NCBI GenBank assembly: GCA_001179505.1
Contig: CDMY01000620.1
Span: 1-64,000, forward strand
Direction of reading: 5' to 3'
Origin: Vitrella brassicaformis CCMP3155
Taxonomy: Eukaryota; Protista; Chromerida
DNA length: 64,000 nucleotides
Of this stretch, positions 49,848-61,232 are shown in pieces; positions within the stretch are counted from its first letter, which is position 1, and each line of letters starts with the position of its first letter. Both the position numbers and the translations under genes were made by a program. The notes beneath the pieces are model-generated. The model worked only from the letters and a program-made list of their open reading frames with translations, ran no database searches and was not told the origin of the DNA.

Positions 49848-52091
49848 CACCACCAGGAGGAAACAAGTGCAAAACTGGTATTCCAGCTCCAAAACCGTTT
49901 TGGGACCGGAAAACCAGACACCCCCAACGGAAAACCAGACACGCTGTACAGAAAACCGGACCTGCTGTGCAGAAAACCAGACACTCGGTACAAAAAAACC
50001 CGGTTTTGTGATAGAAAACCAGCTGCCCGGTACAGAAAACCCGGTACAGAAAACCGGGTTTTCTGACAGAAGACCGGGTGGCCGCACAGAAACCAGCAAC
50101 CCGGTACAGAAAACCGGGTGCCCGTACAGAAAGCCCGCAGCGCTGTACAGAAAACTGCGTTTTGGAGCCAGAAAACCGGGTTTTGGAGACAGAAAACTGC
50201 CCGAGTGCTCCCTGATGACCGCCGGATGCAGGCCGATGCCCGCCGACTGCTCTTTGGTGCATGCTAGTGTTTTCTGACCGATCGGCCGACTCATGCCGTC
50301 TCAATCAATGCGATACGTGGATGATCAACTGACAGGCAATGTCTGTCGTCTGGCGGCCGTCGGCACCACACCGACGAACACGCAATGCACCCCTGCAGCC
50401 GACAATCACATCCTCACACCCACACCCACCCACCTACATACTTAAACTGCGATACATGGATGTTCAACGGCCGACAGGCAATGTCTGCTGCCTGGTGGCC
50501 GTCGGCAACACACCGACGAACATGCAATTCACCTCTGCAGCCGACAATCACATCCTCACACCCACACCAACCCACCCACCCACTCAGGCCTCAGCGCTCG
50601 AGATCCATCATCATATCACGGTACTCGTCCAGCCCCGCGGTGTCTTCTGGCGGCTCGCGGTCGATGAAGGGCCAGAGGACGACCGACAGCATCTCCTCCG
50701 CCAGACCTGCCATCTCGATGACGCCCCGTCGAGCAGGCAGGGGCGAATCACCGTCAGCAGGAGGGGACAGCCCGTACAGGAAGTCCCTCTTTGCCGCCGC
50801 CAGCTCGCCGAACCTCCGCAGCTGGATGTATCGGACCACTTGGACCACGTTGTCATCTGCACACCGCCCGAAGCAACACACACACCTGCGCCTCATCGGC
50901 CGATCCCAACTCCCCTTTGACCCACTGACCGAGCCGAATCTGCTCATCGGCCTGCCTGTCGTCCACAAACGCCGTCTGGAACACTGCGTACAACATCGCC
51001 ACAGCCCTGACCAAACACACACATGCACACCTGGCCTGCTGTTTGCGAGGAGCGTCTGGTGCTGAATGTGTTTACTGCACCTCTCGAATGTCAGTGCGAT
51101 GCCATGATCGCCTCCACACATCACGTAGAAGGGCTCGTCCTCTCCCCCCATCGTCATATCTGCAGATGCAGGTTGGACAGCAAGCACAACATCTGACAAG
51201 GACTTGTCTGCATCTCCCCTGCACTCGGCTTCCCCTCCCCGATGCACAGACGATCATCTGACGCAGGTGAGGATTTCTTGGAGGCATGGATCGACCGGCG
51301 GGGGGCCTCTGCAGCAGCGGCACCGGCAGCGGCAGCAGCAGCAGCGGTAGGTCCCTCGATCTTGTAGCACGCACCCTTCCGGTGGTGGTGGTTTCGTTTA
51401 CGGGGACCTTGCCCCCCCCCCCCCCCCCCCNNNNNNNNNNNNNNNNNNNNNNNNNNNNNNNNNNNNNNNNNNNNNNNNNNNNNNNNNNNNNNNNNNNNNN
51501 NNNNNNNNNNNNNNNNNNNNNNNNNNNNNNNNNNNNNNNNNNNNNNNNNNNNNNNNNNNNNNNNNNNNNNNNNNNNNNNNNNNNNNNNNNNNNNNNNNNN
51601 NNNNNNNNNNNNNNNNNNNNNNNNNNNNNNNNNNNNNNNNNNNNNNNNNNNNNNNNNNNNNNNNNNNNNNNNNNNNNNNNNNNNNNNNNNNNNNNNNNNN
51701 NNNNNNNNNNNNNNNNNNNNNNNNNNNNNNCCCCCCCCCCCCCCCCTCCCGAGTCTTTTGCGAGTCCGCACCCTTCCGGATCACCGACGCAAGACCCTGC
51801 TGGGGAATGCTCGGGTAACGAGCGAGTCGCTCGGCGCGGCAGCGTTGAGGAGATCGATGCCGTGGCGACGCTCGGCAGTCGTAGGCTGGGGCCCGCTGAG
51901 CTTCTGTACCGGGCAGCTGGTTTTCTATCGCAAAACCGGGTTTTTTTGTACCGAGTGTCTGGTTTTCTGCACAGCAGGTCCGGTTTTCTGTACAGCGTGT
52001 CTGGTTTTCCGTTGGGGGTGTCTGGTTTTCCGGTCCCAAAACGGTTTTGGAGCTGGAATACCAGTTTTGCACTTGTTTCCTCCTGGTGGTG
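49848..52091. mobile_element. ~2.2-kb segment bounded by ~190-bp CACCACCAGG TIRs with ACAGAAAACC subterminal repeats, enclosing host-like gene fragments
   Basis: 49848-50037 is the reverse complement of 51902-52091. The interior has spliced-looking minus-strand coding fragments (~50591-51350) and a gap. No TSD found. Confidence 0.6.
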
Positions 52092-52121
52092 CGAAATATT
52101 CGTGTAGGCAACGAATCCGAA

Positions 52122-54667
52122 ATGTCGCTCCCTCTCTTTCCGCTGTGCATATTTTGCTTACTTGGGTGTCGGAGTGGCGCTATCCCTGATAGCGAAGTGG
52201 CGCAGCGGAACAGCGAGCAAGTTCTAAGTCAACTGAAAGCCATGGGCATCGACCTTGAGAAGGGACCGCCGAATCTCAGAAAGGAAGATGGCCCTAAGAA
52301 TTCCCCCGAGCCCTCTATGCACCTAGAGGTTTTAAGGAAGGAGACTCCCTTCGTTTATGCTCATCCACTGCCCAACGCTGTGTTGGTCTCGCCGTACACA
52401 ACTATCGCCTTCAGACCGAAGGACGCGGTGGACAAAGACAGCATCAAGGGCAAGATAGATGTGCAAGGGGACGTCTCTGGCAACCACAAGGGAGAGACGA
52501 AGCTTCTCAGCGACAAAAGAACCATATGCTTTACACCGGAGGTGGCCTTCATGCCTGGCGAGTCTGTCAGCGTAATGGTGCGGAAGGGAATTAAGACCGA
52601 AGAGGGATATTCATTCCCTTCCTCCTCATGGAACTTCACCATGTCATGGAGAAAGTTGGACACTTACCGCCGGGATAGACGGATCAAACTGCCAGAAAAT
52701 GCCGCCAATGAGGCTTCTTCGCCTGAGACGCTGGAAATGTTCAGAAAGGCCCAAGATATCAATTGGTTGTTGGGCCTCCCCGCTGTTGATCAGCGAGGAA
52801 CAGAGGCAGACGATGTGGACGACATCGACGACCTCGATTGTGGTGAAGGGGAGCCTTCAGCGAATGAGGCCCACTATTACCTTCCCAACTGCGCATACCG
52901 GTGAATGAGTGATTCATTCCGGAATAGTCTGATTTTTTGCATGCATTCACTCCTAGGACCCTCCCTTCGGAGTACCCCCGTGTGCAAGTGACTGTTCAAG
53001 GCAACCTTACAGAATTGTCAGATGGCTACGTGTTCACGCAAGGGCCGGAACCTGGAAAACCAACTCAAGCCTTTCAAATCATCATGACGTCGCGCGGTGA
53101 TCCAGTCTATCATGTTCATCGAAAGACGGGTCCGTATAACCTCGCGCCTACGCATAACGGGCAGCTCACGCAGTGGGTAGACGCATGGGGCGCGAAGATT
53201 CTCGGTCCTGATTATGCCGAGCGAGCACGATTCTCTGCCAAACACGGAGGAAGTAAGGGCTCTCTGAGGCATTTGAACAAAGGGTGCCGCTTGCGATGCC
53301 TGTGTTGCAGCCATGAATCCGCACGAGTTTCAACTGACAAAAATTGGCAATGGACTGCTGTTCGCGTAAGTAAGCCCAGAGGTGTTTGCCAAATTGATAT
53401 TTCTTGTCCTCGCCTCTTTTTTCCTTTCACACTACGAATTAGTTGGGATACCCAGATACTGAAGGTTGATGATTTCCATGTGAACGACAAAGGAGAGAAA
53501 CCTCTTGTCGGCATTACAGTTGAGGAGATCACCCCGACAGGGGAAGTCGTGTTCGAGTGGAGATCCTGGGACCACCTGCCGCTCGTTCTGTGGGAAACTG
53601 AAAAGCGCGCTCGCGGGTGGTGGCATCTGTTGCACGCAAATGCAATGGAGGAAGCTCACGATGGCCATATCCTGCTTTCGTGAGCTTTGTCTTGCTCGAA
53701 TCGACGACAAGCGTGATGGTTTTCCTGTACGTTTCAGAATGAGGAGAATGTCGCAGATTGCAAAAATCCACAGGTTTCAGAGAGAATTTATTCGTCCACT
53801 TACACCCCCCTTCTCTTCTTCCTCCTCTTTTCCTCCAGAGACACGGGCGAACTGTTGTGGCGTCTCGGTGGGAATGGGAGCGACTTCAGGTCAGCTTGGG
53901 TTTGGAGGTGAAGAAAGCTTGAATTGTGTGCTTTCTGTAGAATCGTGAATGACGCGAAGGGACAGTTTCGGGGACAGCACGACGTGAGAGACCTGGGCAC
54001 ACCAGAGGGCAAACACCGGATCAGCGCTTTTGATAACCGGCTCAGAACAATCAATGAAACAGACACGGTCATCTCCCGAGCTGTTGAATACGATTTGTAC
54101 TTCGATCATGATGGCCGGCCAACTAAGGCCCGGCTGGTGAACGAGTACGACACAGGCATCAGGGTTGGCGCGAAAGGCAGCTACAGGCGAATGCCCAATG
54201 GCAATGGTGTGTATTGTTTGGGGGTGACCAAGAAAAAGAGAAAAACCCTTGGGACAAATCCTTTTTATATCGAGAGGGATTCCAGAGGTCGCGAACTGGT
54301 TAGAATGGAATGGAATTCGCGTCTGTACAGAGGGTATCATGGGACGTATCGCACGGTCAAAGCTCCTTGGATCGGGACCCCTGCGTGGCCCCCGACAGCT
54401 CTCCTGGATGACAACAACAAAGCGAATACTCTCCGGCTGCACTTCAGTTGGAACGGAGCCACGGAAGTGAAGACTTGGCGGATTATTATGGGTCCAGGTG
54501 GTGATGACATGACAGCTGTCGTAGAAATCGAGAAGACGCAGTTTGAACATTGGGTCGACGTTCCGGACGGAGGCAAGAAGTGCCAGTACTTTCAAGCTGT
54601 GGCTCTCAATGAAAAGGGGAAGGAAATGAGCCGATCGGAAGTAGTCCACACAAAGCTCTGCAAGTGA
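52122..54667 (+). CDS. Secreted arylsulfotransferase (ASST-family) with an N-terminal bacterial Ig-like (Big_5/SbsA-type) domain; 7 exons
   Basis: Signal MSLPLFPLCIFCLLGCRSGA. Ig-like P..NAVLVSPYTTIAF...ICFTPEVAFMPGESVSV. ASST motifs NPHEFQLT, EVVFEWRSWDH, LHANAM, LLWRLGG, GQHD, FDN, GSYRRMPNGN, TYR and FSWNGATEV. Six GT-AG introns restore the frame. Confidence 0.88.
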
Positions 54668-55329
54668 TGCACTCTTTGCAATCATCGCTTGCAAACTGTT
54701 TTGAAGTCAAGGAACTTTGGAAGAAGAGGGCAAACACATGTGGGTTTGTCCGAAGCGTGACATAGTTGCTATGAACTTCAGGTAAAGGAGAGGACCTGCT
54801 AGTTGCGATGGATCGGAGGATAGTGAAAACGAAAGTTTTTGCCTTTCGCATTGTGCACGAGGGCTCCCTCCTTGGTTGGTGGTCGATTGATTGGCGTCCT
54901 GTCGCGACGGGTGGTGTGTCTGTCGTTCGCTTGGTGCGACTGTCTGTCAGTGATGTGTCGCTTGTGCTTACCCTCGCTTAAAGTTCTCGCACTTTGAAGT
55001 CAGTGCGTAAGCTTGATGCTCACCTGAGTCACCTGGTCGCAATGTGGAGATGATGTCTCTCTTTGCTGAGGCTGAGGTTGCTTGTGTACGCCCACTGGCG
55101 GTCGCGCACGTCTCTTCAATGAACGCTGCCACACAGGGTGGCGGGGGATGCACACACATTGACGATTATGTCCATCATATGCAAAGAAAACGAAAAATCT
55201 GTCAAAGTCAACGATTCTGTCAAGTTTGTCCGAAAAATCTGATCTGAAGAAGCAATGCAAATCTTTCGAAAGTCTTTCGCCCTCGAATTTTATTCCCCCC
55301 TAAACAGAAAACAAAAAAAAACGATGTGG

Positions 55330-58300
55330 GAGGCTCACGAGTGTTCTCTCCTCTCTCCGGCCACATGACGCACCGAGGTCACTGCCATCTGGTCCGCCTC
55401 GGCACGACGCATACGCAGATGTGCGATTTGTCGTGTGAGGCTCCCGGCCTCTCCCGCTGAGCACACGGCAGCCACGGACGTTGCATGGAGAAGCAAAAGC
55501 GCCCTTCCGAGGATTGAACTCACCCTCCATGCACCCTCGTGCTTTGCCCTCAGGTATGCACCCTCGTGCTTTGCCCTCAGGTATGCAAAGCACCTCAGGT
55601 ATGCACCCTCGTGCTTTGCCCTCAGGTATGCACCCTCGTGCTTTGCCCTCGGGTAGGGCTGTGCGTTGACCCCAGTGGAGATGAATGAGGACTCAGCGGC
55701 GAGAGTGATCCAACGGTCGGCGAGAGCGTCTCTGTGGCGGCGACGAGATCAAGCACTCAGGACGGGAGACGACTCTGATGCAGACCGCGAGGCTCCAGCA
55801 GCGCAGCCAGCACCTGAGGCGACCGCCGCGGCTCCCTGTTGCTCATGCAACAGCAAAGGGAACCCACGCGGAGGCCAGTGCAAGAACTGTGACTGCAGGA
55901 GGAACAACAGGATCTGCCGCAACTGTGTGCCAATGGGGCAGGGAAGATGCGTAAACCAAGGCCAAGGCCCAGCAGGTGCCGCAGCATCGCCATCGCCACC
56001 ATCGCAGCCCCCGGACACCCAGCTCTGCCCGCGATGCGGTCGCCGGCCGCTTCCGAATTCTCGACACGCAGCGTGCTTCATCTGCCTTGCAGAGGGCGCT
56101 GCGCCGCCCACGTCCGTCCCGCCTCCCCGGCACCCCTCGCTCGCACCCTCCGCATCCCCGATCGACACCGCATTCATCGACGGGAAGATGGAGCAGGCCT
56201 TCGGACGGCCGATGCTCAACCGGCCTGGGCACCAGGATGCCACTCAGTGGCAGAAGTGGCACAGCCGCATCTGCCAGCTCAGCGGCAGGCGCTTCGGGGT
56301 GCCCGGAGGCAATGTGGGGGATAGGGTGGTGGGGGTTGTGGCGGATGCTGTCGAGCAGTATGCGGCCAAGGCCTGCCCCTCGGAGGTGATCCTCGTCGGC
56401 AAGGCCGTCATCCTCCAGCGGCACCCACACGTGACGACATTCAAGGACAGGCGGCGGGTCGTCGACAGGCGCATCGCCATGTGGCGGCAGGGCAAGGTCG
56501 AGGAGCTCGTGCTCGAGGCCGAGCGCTGCGACAAGCTGGGCCCGCCGTTGAAGCCGCTGAAGGGAGATGAGGACGAGAACGAGCACACCATCCGTGTCTT
56601 CAGCCGGCTGGTGGATCAGGGGCGCCTGCGACAGGCACAGCGGTTCCTGACTGAGCGTGGGGGCGGTGGTGTGCTGGACCCACAAGACGTCGCCGAGAAC
56701 GACACCAGGACCGTCCGGGAGGTGCTGGCGGACAAGCATCCTCAGCAGCGGACCGCCGACCCCGCGGCGTTCATCGATGGTGATCTCCCGCCACTTGTGG
56801 GGGTCGACATAACGGCCAACCAGGTCGAGCGGGCTGCACGCGAGATCCAGGGTGGGGTGGGGCCATCGGGGGGCGACGCAACGCTGTGGAAGGACCTCCT
56901 GCTCAAACACGGCGGCCACAGCACTCGGCTGCGCCAGGCGGTCGCGGACGCCACCCGCATGATGGCCAACGAGGTGGTGGACTGGGAGCACGTCCAAGCC
57001 CTGCGTGGATGCCGTCTGCTGGCCCTCGACAAGTGCCCTGGTGTCCGCCCGATCGGTGTAGGGGAGGTCCTCATGCGCATCATGGGCAAGGCGATGAGCA
57101 TGGAGAGCGCATTCGACTTGGAGAGAGAGTGCGGCGAGGACCAGCTGTGTGCCGGCCTGAAGGGGGGCATAGAGGCGGCGATTCATGCCGTGAGCGGCCT
57201 GTTTGATTGTGGTGAGGGGGAGGCGGAGTGTGTGCTGCTCGGGGACGCGACGAACGCCTTCAACACCCTCAGTCGCCCTGCAGCGCTCTGGAGTGCCCGG
57301 CACCTGTGGCCACGTGCGTCCCGGTTCCTGTTCAACACCTACCAGGGCCACGCTGCGCTCTACCTGAGGGGCGAGAAGGAGCCGCTGTGGAGTCAGGAGG
57401 GGACCACTCAGGGCGATCCGATGGCCATGCCGATGTATGCCGCCGGCACCCTGCCACTCATCCGCAGCCTCAAGGAGCCAGCAGAGCAGGGGCCACAGGT
57501 GTGGTTCGCGGACGACTCGTCCAAGTGCAGCTCCCTCGAGCGGGCGAGTGAGTGGTGGGACAAGCTTGGTGAGAGGGGGCCGCCGTACGGCTACTTTCCC
57601 AACGCACACAAGTCCATCTTGGTGGTGCGAGAGGGGTTGGAGGAGAGGGCGCGGGAGGTGTTTGAGGGGGTGGAGGGGCTGACCATCACGACAGGCAGCC
57701 GGTACCTGGGCGGCTACGTCGGCACAAGGGAGGGCCGCCGCGCGTATGTGCAGCAGAAGGTGGAGCGGTGGGAGGAGTGCATCAGGGACGTCGCACGCGC
57801 CGCGACCAAGCGTCCGCAGCAGGCCCACGTCGTCATGACCAAGTCGCTGCAGGCCGAGTGGGACTTCGTCATGCGCGTCATCCCCGAGGAGAAGGAGACC
57901 TTCGAGCCCCTTCGCCACCTACTCGCCACGACTTACCTGCCCGGCCTCTGCGGCAAGTCCGTCGACGAGGCTGAGGCCGCGGTCATGCTGCTGTCGGCAC
58001 GGCATGGCGGCACGGGGGTGCGCGATCCGACCGAGCGGGTCGCTGAGGCGTACGAGACGTCCATCCAGGGCACCGACGTGCTCACCATCGCCATTCAGCG
58101 CGGCACTCATCCAGACCAGCCCTTCGACCCGTCCATCCACCGCCTTCAGGTGCACACGGCCATTCACGAAGGGAAGAGGAGGGCGGACGCACGGGCCAAG
58201 GAGCGCTTCGACGACGGCGTCTCCCGCCTTCCCCCAGGATGCCAGCGAGCTGCTCGGCGCGCGCAGGAGGCCAAGACGCACGCATGGCTCACGGCCATGC

Positions 58301-59116
58301 CGTCGTGCAGCGACCAGACCGACCTGAGCGGCGATGCCTTTCGGGACGGCCTGGCTGTTCTCTACGGCTACCGCCCATCCAACCTCCCCTCCAGCTGCCC
58401 AGGGTGTGGTTCCGCCTTCACCCTCACCCATGCCCTGGACTGCCCGAAGGGCGGGCTGGTGATTCAGCGACAGAACGAGCTGCGGGACGTGATTGGCGAT
58501 GTCGGCAGGATGGCCTTTGGGGCAGGGAGCGTCCACAAGGAGGTGGTGTTGAAGGAGGGGGATGGGCGGGGAAGGGAGGGGGTCAGGACGGACCTGGTGA
58601 TCCGTGGTGTGTGGGACCGCTAGAGGGATGCATCGTTCGACGTGTGCGTCACTGACGCTGATGCTCCCTCATACGGCAACCGCCCCACGCGATCCATCCT
58701 GGCGACGCACGAGCACAGAAAGAAGAACAAGCATGTGCGCGTCTGCGAGGACCTGTCCATGACCTTCACCCCTCTGGTCGTCACCGTCGATGGGGTGTGG
58801 GGGAGGGAGGCGGAGCACTTCTTCACCCGCTTGACTGAGCAGCTGTTGACGAGGCAAGGGTGGTCAGATAGGGGGCGAGGGCGAGTGCATGGGTGGCTGC
58901 GTGTTCGTTTGTCTGTTGCATTGGTGCGGGCTGCTAGCCTGTGTTTGAGGGGCGGGAGGCAGTCATGGCGTGGTGTTGGGGCGATGGACGGGGCTGGGGT
59001 GTTCTCATCGAATGAGTGAGCATGACCTATGTGCATAGGCATATGTGGATAGATTCATCGGGACGGTGTGTGGACAAATGAGTGCATGGATGCGATCGGT
59101 TAATCATCTCTCTCTT
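55330..59116 (+). mobile_element. CRE-clade-like non-LTR retrotransposon (single ORF: Cys-rich N-terminus, RT, CCHC finger, REL) with one premature stop
   Basis: RT motifs RPIGVGEVLMRIMGK, QLCAGLKGGIEAAIHA, DATNAFNTLSR, GTTQGDPMAM, WFADD and YLGGYVG. Finger CPGCGSAFTLTHALDC and REL RTDL...FDVCVTD...RKKNKH...FTPLVVTVDG. TAG at 58621-58623, with the reading frame continuing to 59019. Boundaries are approximate. Confidence 0.9.
55529..55650 (+). repeat. ~27-bp tandem repeat (ATGCACCCTCGTGCTTTGCCCTCAGGT, four full copies plus a partial) in the 5' region of the non-LTR element
   Basis: Directly visible; there are no spacers. Confidence 0.9.
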
Positions 59117-60474
59117 CCCCTAGATTTTTATTCCCCTAGATTTTTATTCCCCTCGATCTTTATTCAAGCTCGCTAAAGCTCGCATTTATTTGTTTATTAT
59201 TTTCCAGCCTTCTGATGAGGCTGTAGTTGGTTGTCTTGTGCTCTGCTCAGACCATACGGTGGGTATGGTCCAGATAGCCTTCGGGCTGCCTCTGAGAGCC
59301 AGTCCTTTGCCAGGAAAGAATGGCCTACGCATTTGCAATGTTCATTCGTGATTTTTCTCTACAGAATGTTCGTACACGTTGCATATCCCGTCTTTGTCTC
59401 ATGCAGCCTTCTTTCCAACGGCTTTTCCGACGCCCCGCCTCATTTCTTCGTCGGACGCGTTGCTTTTACGCGCTACAGTGTCCGATACCGGACGAGGTCG
59501 GTGCTGCTAGAACACCTCCCTCCCTTTATCAGCGAAGCGTCAATCTCCTGAGAACTTCACTGAGAGTGAGCCGGAGACGGGAGCAAATGGTGGTTGGATT
59601 CATTCTCTCATTCGGCTTAAAATGCCACCTCGTAACAATTGCCACCTCCGGATTGCGCAACAATCGAAAGCGTTGCAACGCCGCAGCCCCCTTCCTACTC
59701 TATCACCTACGAACGCCGCGAATGCGCCTCGACGAACTCTTTCGAGGAGGGAGGGACCCGATCATTCATTCATTCGTTCATTCGAGCGTCCTCATGAGCG
59801 AACACACACAAGGCATTCATTCGGACGAGGCTAGCAGCACTGCAGGACACCCTGCAGAGACCAAAGCGGCGAGTCAGGTTCACCAAGGTTTCCCTTGGCT
59901 ACCCCTGGGTTTCACAGGACATCGCACCACTTAACGATATTCCCACTTATCCAAGCACCACTTATCCGCCCACAGTATTTTACAAGCGCGGGAGAGAAGG
60001 AGCTGCCGCCCTGCTTCCTACCCTCCGGGCGGCGGCTGACTGGTTGCGTTTTCGTGTGTCAGGTTCATGTTTGTGCGGTGCGTGTCTCTCTACTGTTCAG
60101 TGTTCAGGTTTCTGTCTACCCTCCCTCCCTTTCCCTCTCCCCGAAAGCGGAATGGGGGGGGACACACAGCACTGACTCGGCCTGCTTTCGTCTACTTCTG
60201 CGGGCTCACTGAAGCTCGCCGCCGTCCTCTTCGATGCAGGGCCTTGTTGTCGTGTCTGTGTTTGCCAGTCGCCCATGCACACATACACGCCCGCGAGTGT
60301 CTCGCTTTCAGTCAACTATTCCCGATCGGTTGGTTGCACCGAGCGTCTGCGAGGGGCCGGGGGGGCCTGTCTGCGCGCTTAGTGCCGAAGGAAGGTGCTA
60401 CGAGCGAGGACAGAAAAACAATCATTTCCGGGGGCAAACTCCGGGTGAAAAACGTCGAGATGGCGCTGAGAGCA

Positions 60475-60684
60475 TCATCCACCGGGTGAAAAGTCGACGA
60501 GGGATGGCCACTTTGTGCCGAGCTCGTCGAGGATCGCCTGGCGGTCGATGCTGGTGAAGGCGTTCTCGAAGGCCTGACAGGCCCGAAACAGCGTCTCACC
60601 GCCTTCCGACGTACCAACGGCGAACTGCAGTCTGCAGGAGGGAAAATCATCTTCGAAGGCCAGTTTATTGTCCGTACAGAGCAA
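60475..60684 (-). pseudogene. Gene-family fragment homologous to the sequence interrupted by the LINE at 8370-9050
   Basis: FTSIDRQAILDELGTKWPSLVDF vs SVDRQAILDKL|DTKWPSLVDF. Confidence 0.55.
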
Positions 60685-61232
60685 AAAGGCTGCCGGCGGA
60701 GAGAATCTTAGTATAGCTGTCTGGCATGTCTCCTGGGAGCATCCGATTCATGAGGGAAGGCAGCCGGACGCTCTGGTCTTGCACGGTCCATACAGGCACG
60801 GAGGTTTTTGTACCGCCAATCTGTAGGGCCCGCTGCATGAGGTTTTCATGTGCTCTTTTTGCATCCCCCCGATAAGACTGTATGGTCCGTGTTGGCTATC
60901 TTGAAAGCCGAGTCACGCCCACGCCTCTCGCATTGTTGTATGGCATTGTTGTTAATCCATGTAATGCCATACAGGGAACGACAAACACGAAAGAAAAAGT
61001 GAGCGCGCCCCATCCCGTTCCCATCAGCGCAGCGAGATACCATCGCAACGTGCATGTGAGAGACCTCTGGTGTCTCACACCCATGCAAGATGTACTATCT
61101 AAGTTCATTGAAAGTCCCACCTCGACTGAACAAGAAAACAACGCGCAGAAAAAACATGCTTCGTTCATATGTCCACACAGGAACGAAGCGCCCTGCTAGG
61201 TTTAGAATTTTGTACGGGTCGCCACCATCCCT

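Noticed and set aside
52122-54667. Bacterial contamination explaining the ASST, GH16 and GH3 genes
   Set aside because: All are interrupted by frame-restoring GT-AG introns and embedded among eukaryotic transposons.
55843-57918. 691-aa minus-strand ORF
   Set aside because: It is the antisense shadow of the GC3-rich RT ORF and has no independent motifs.
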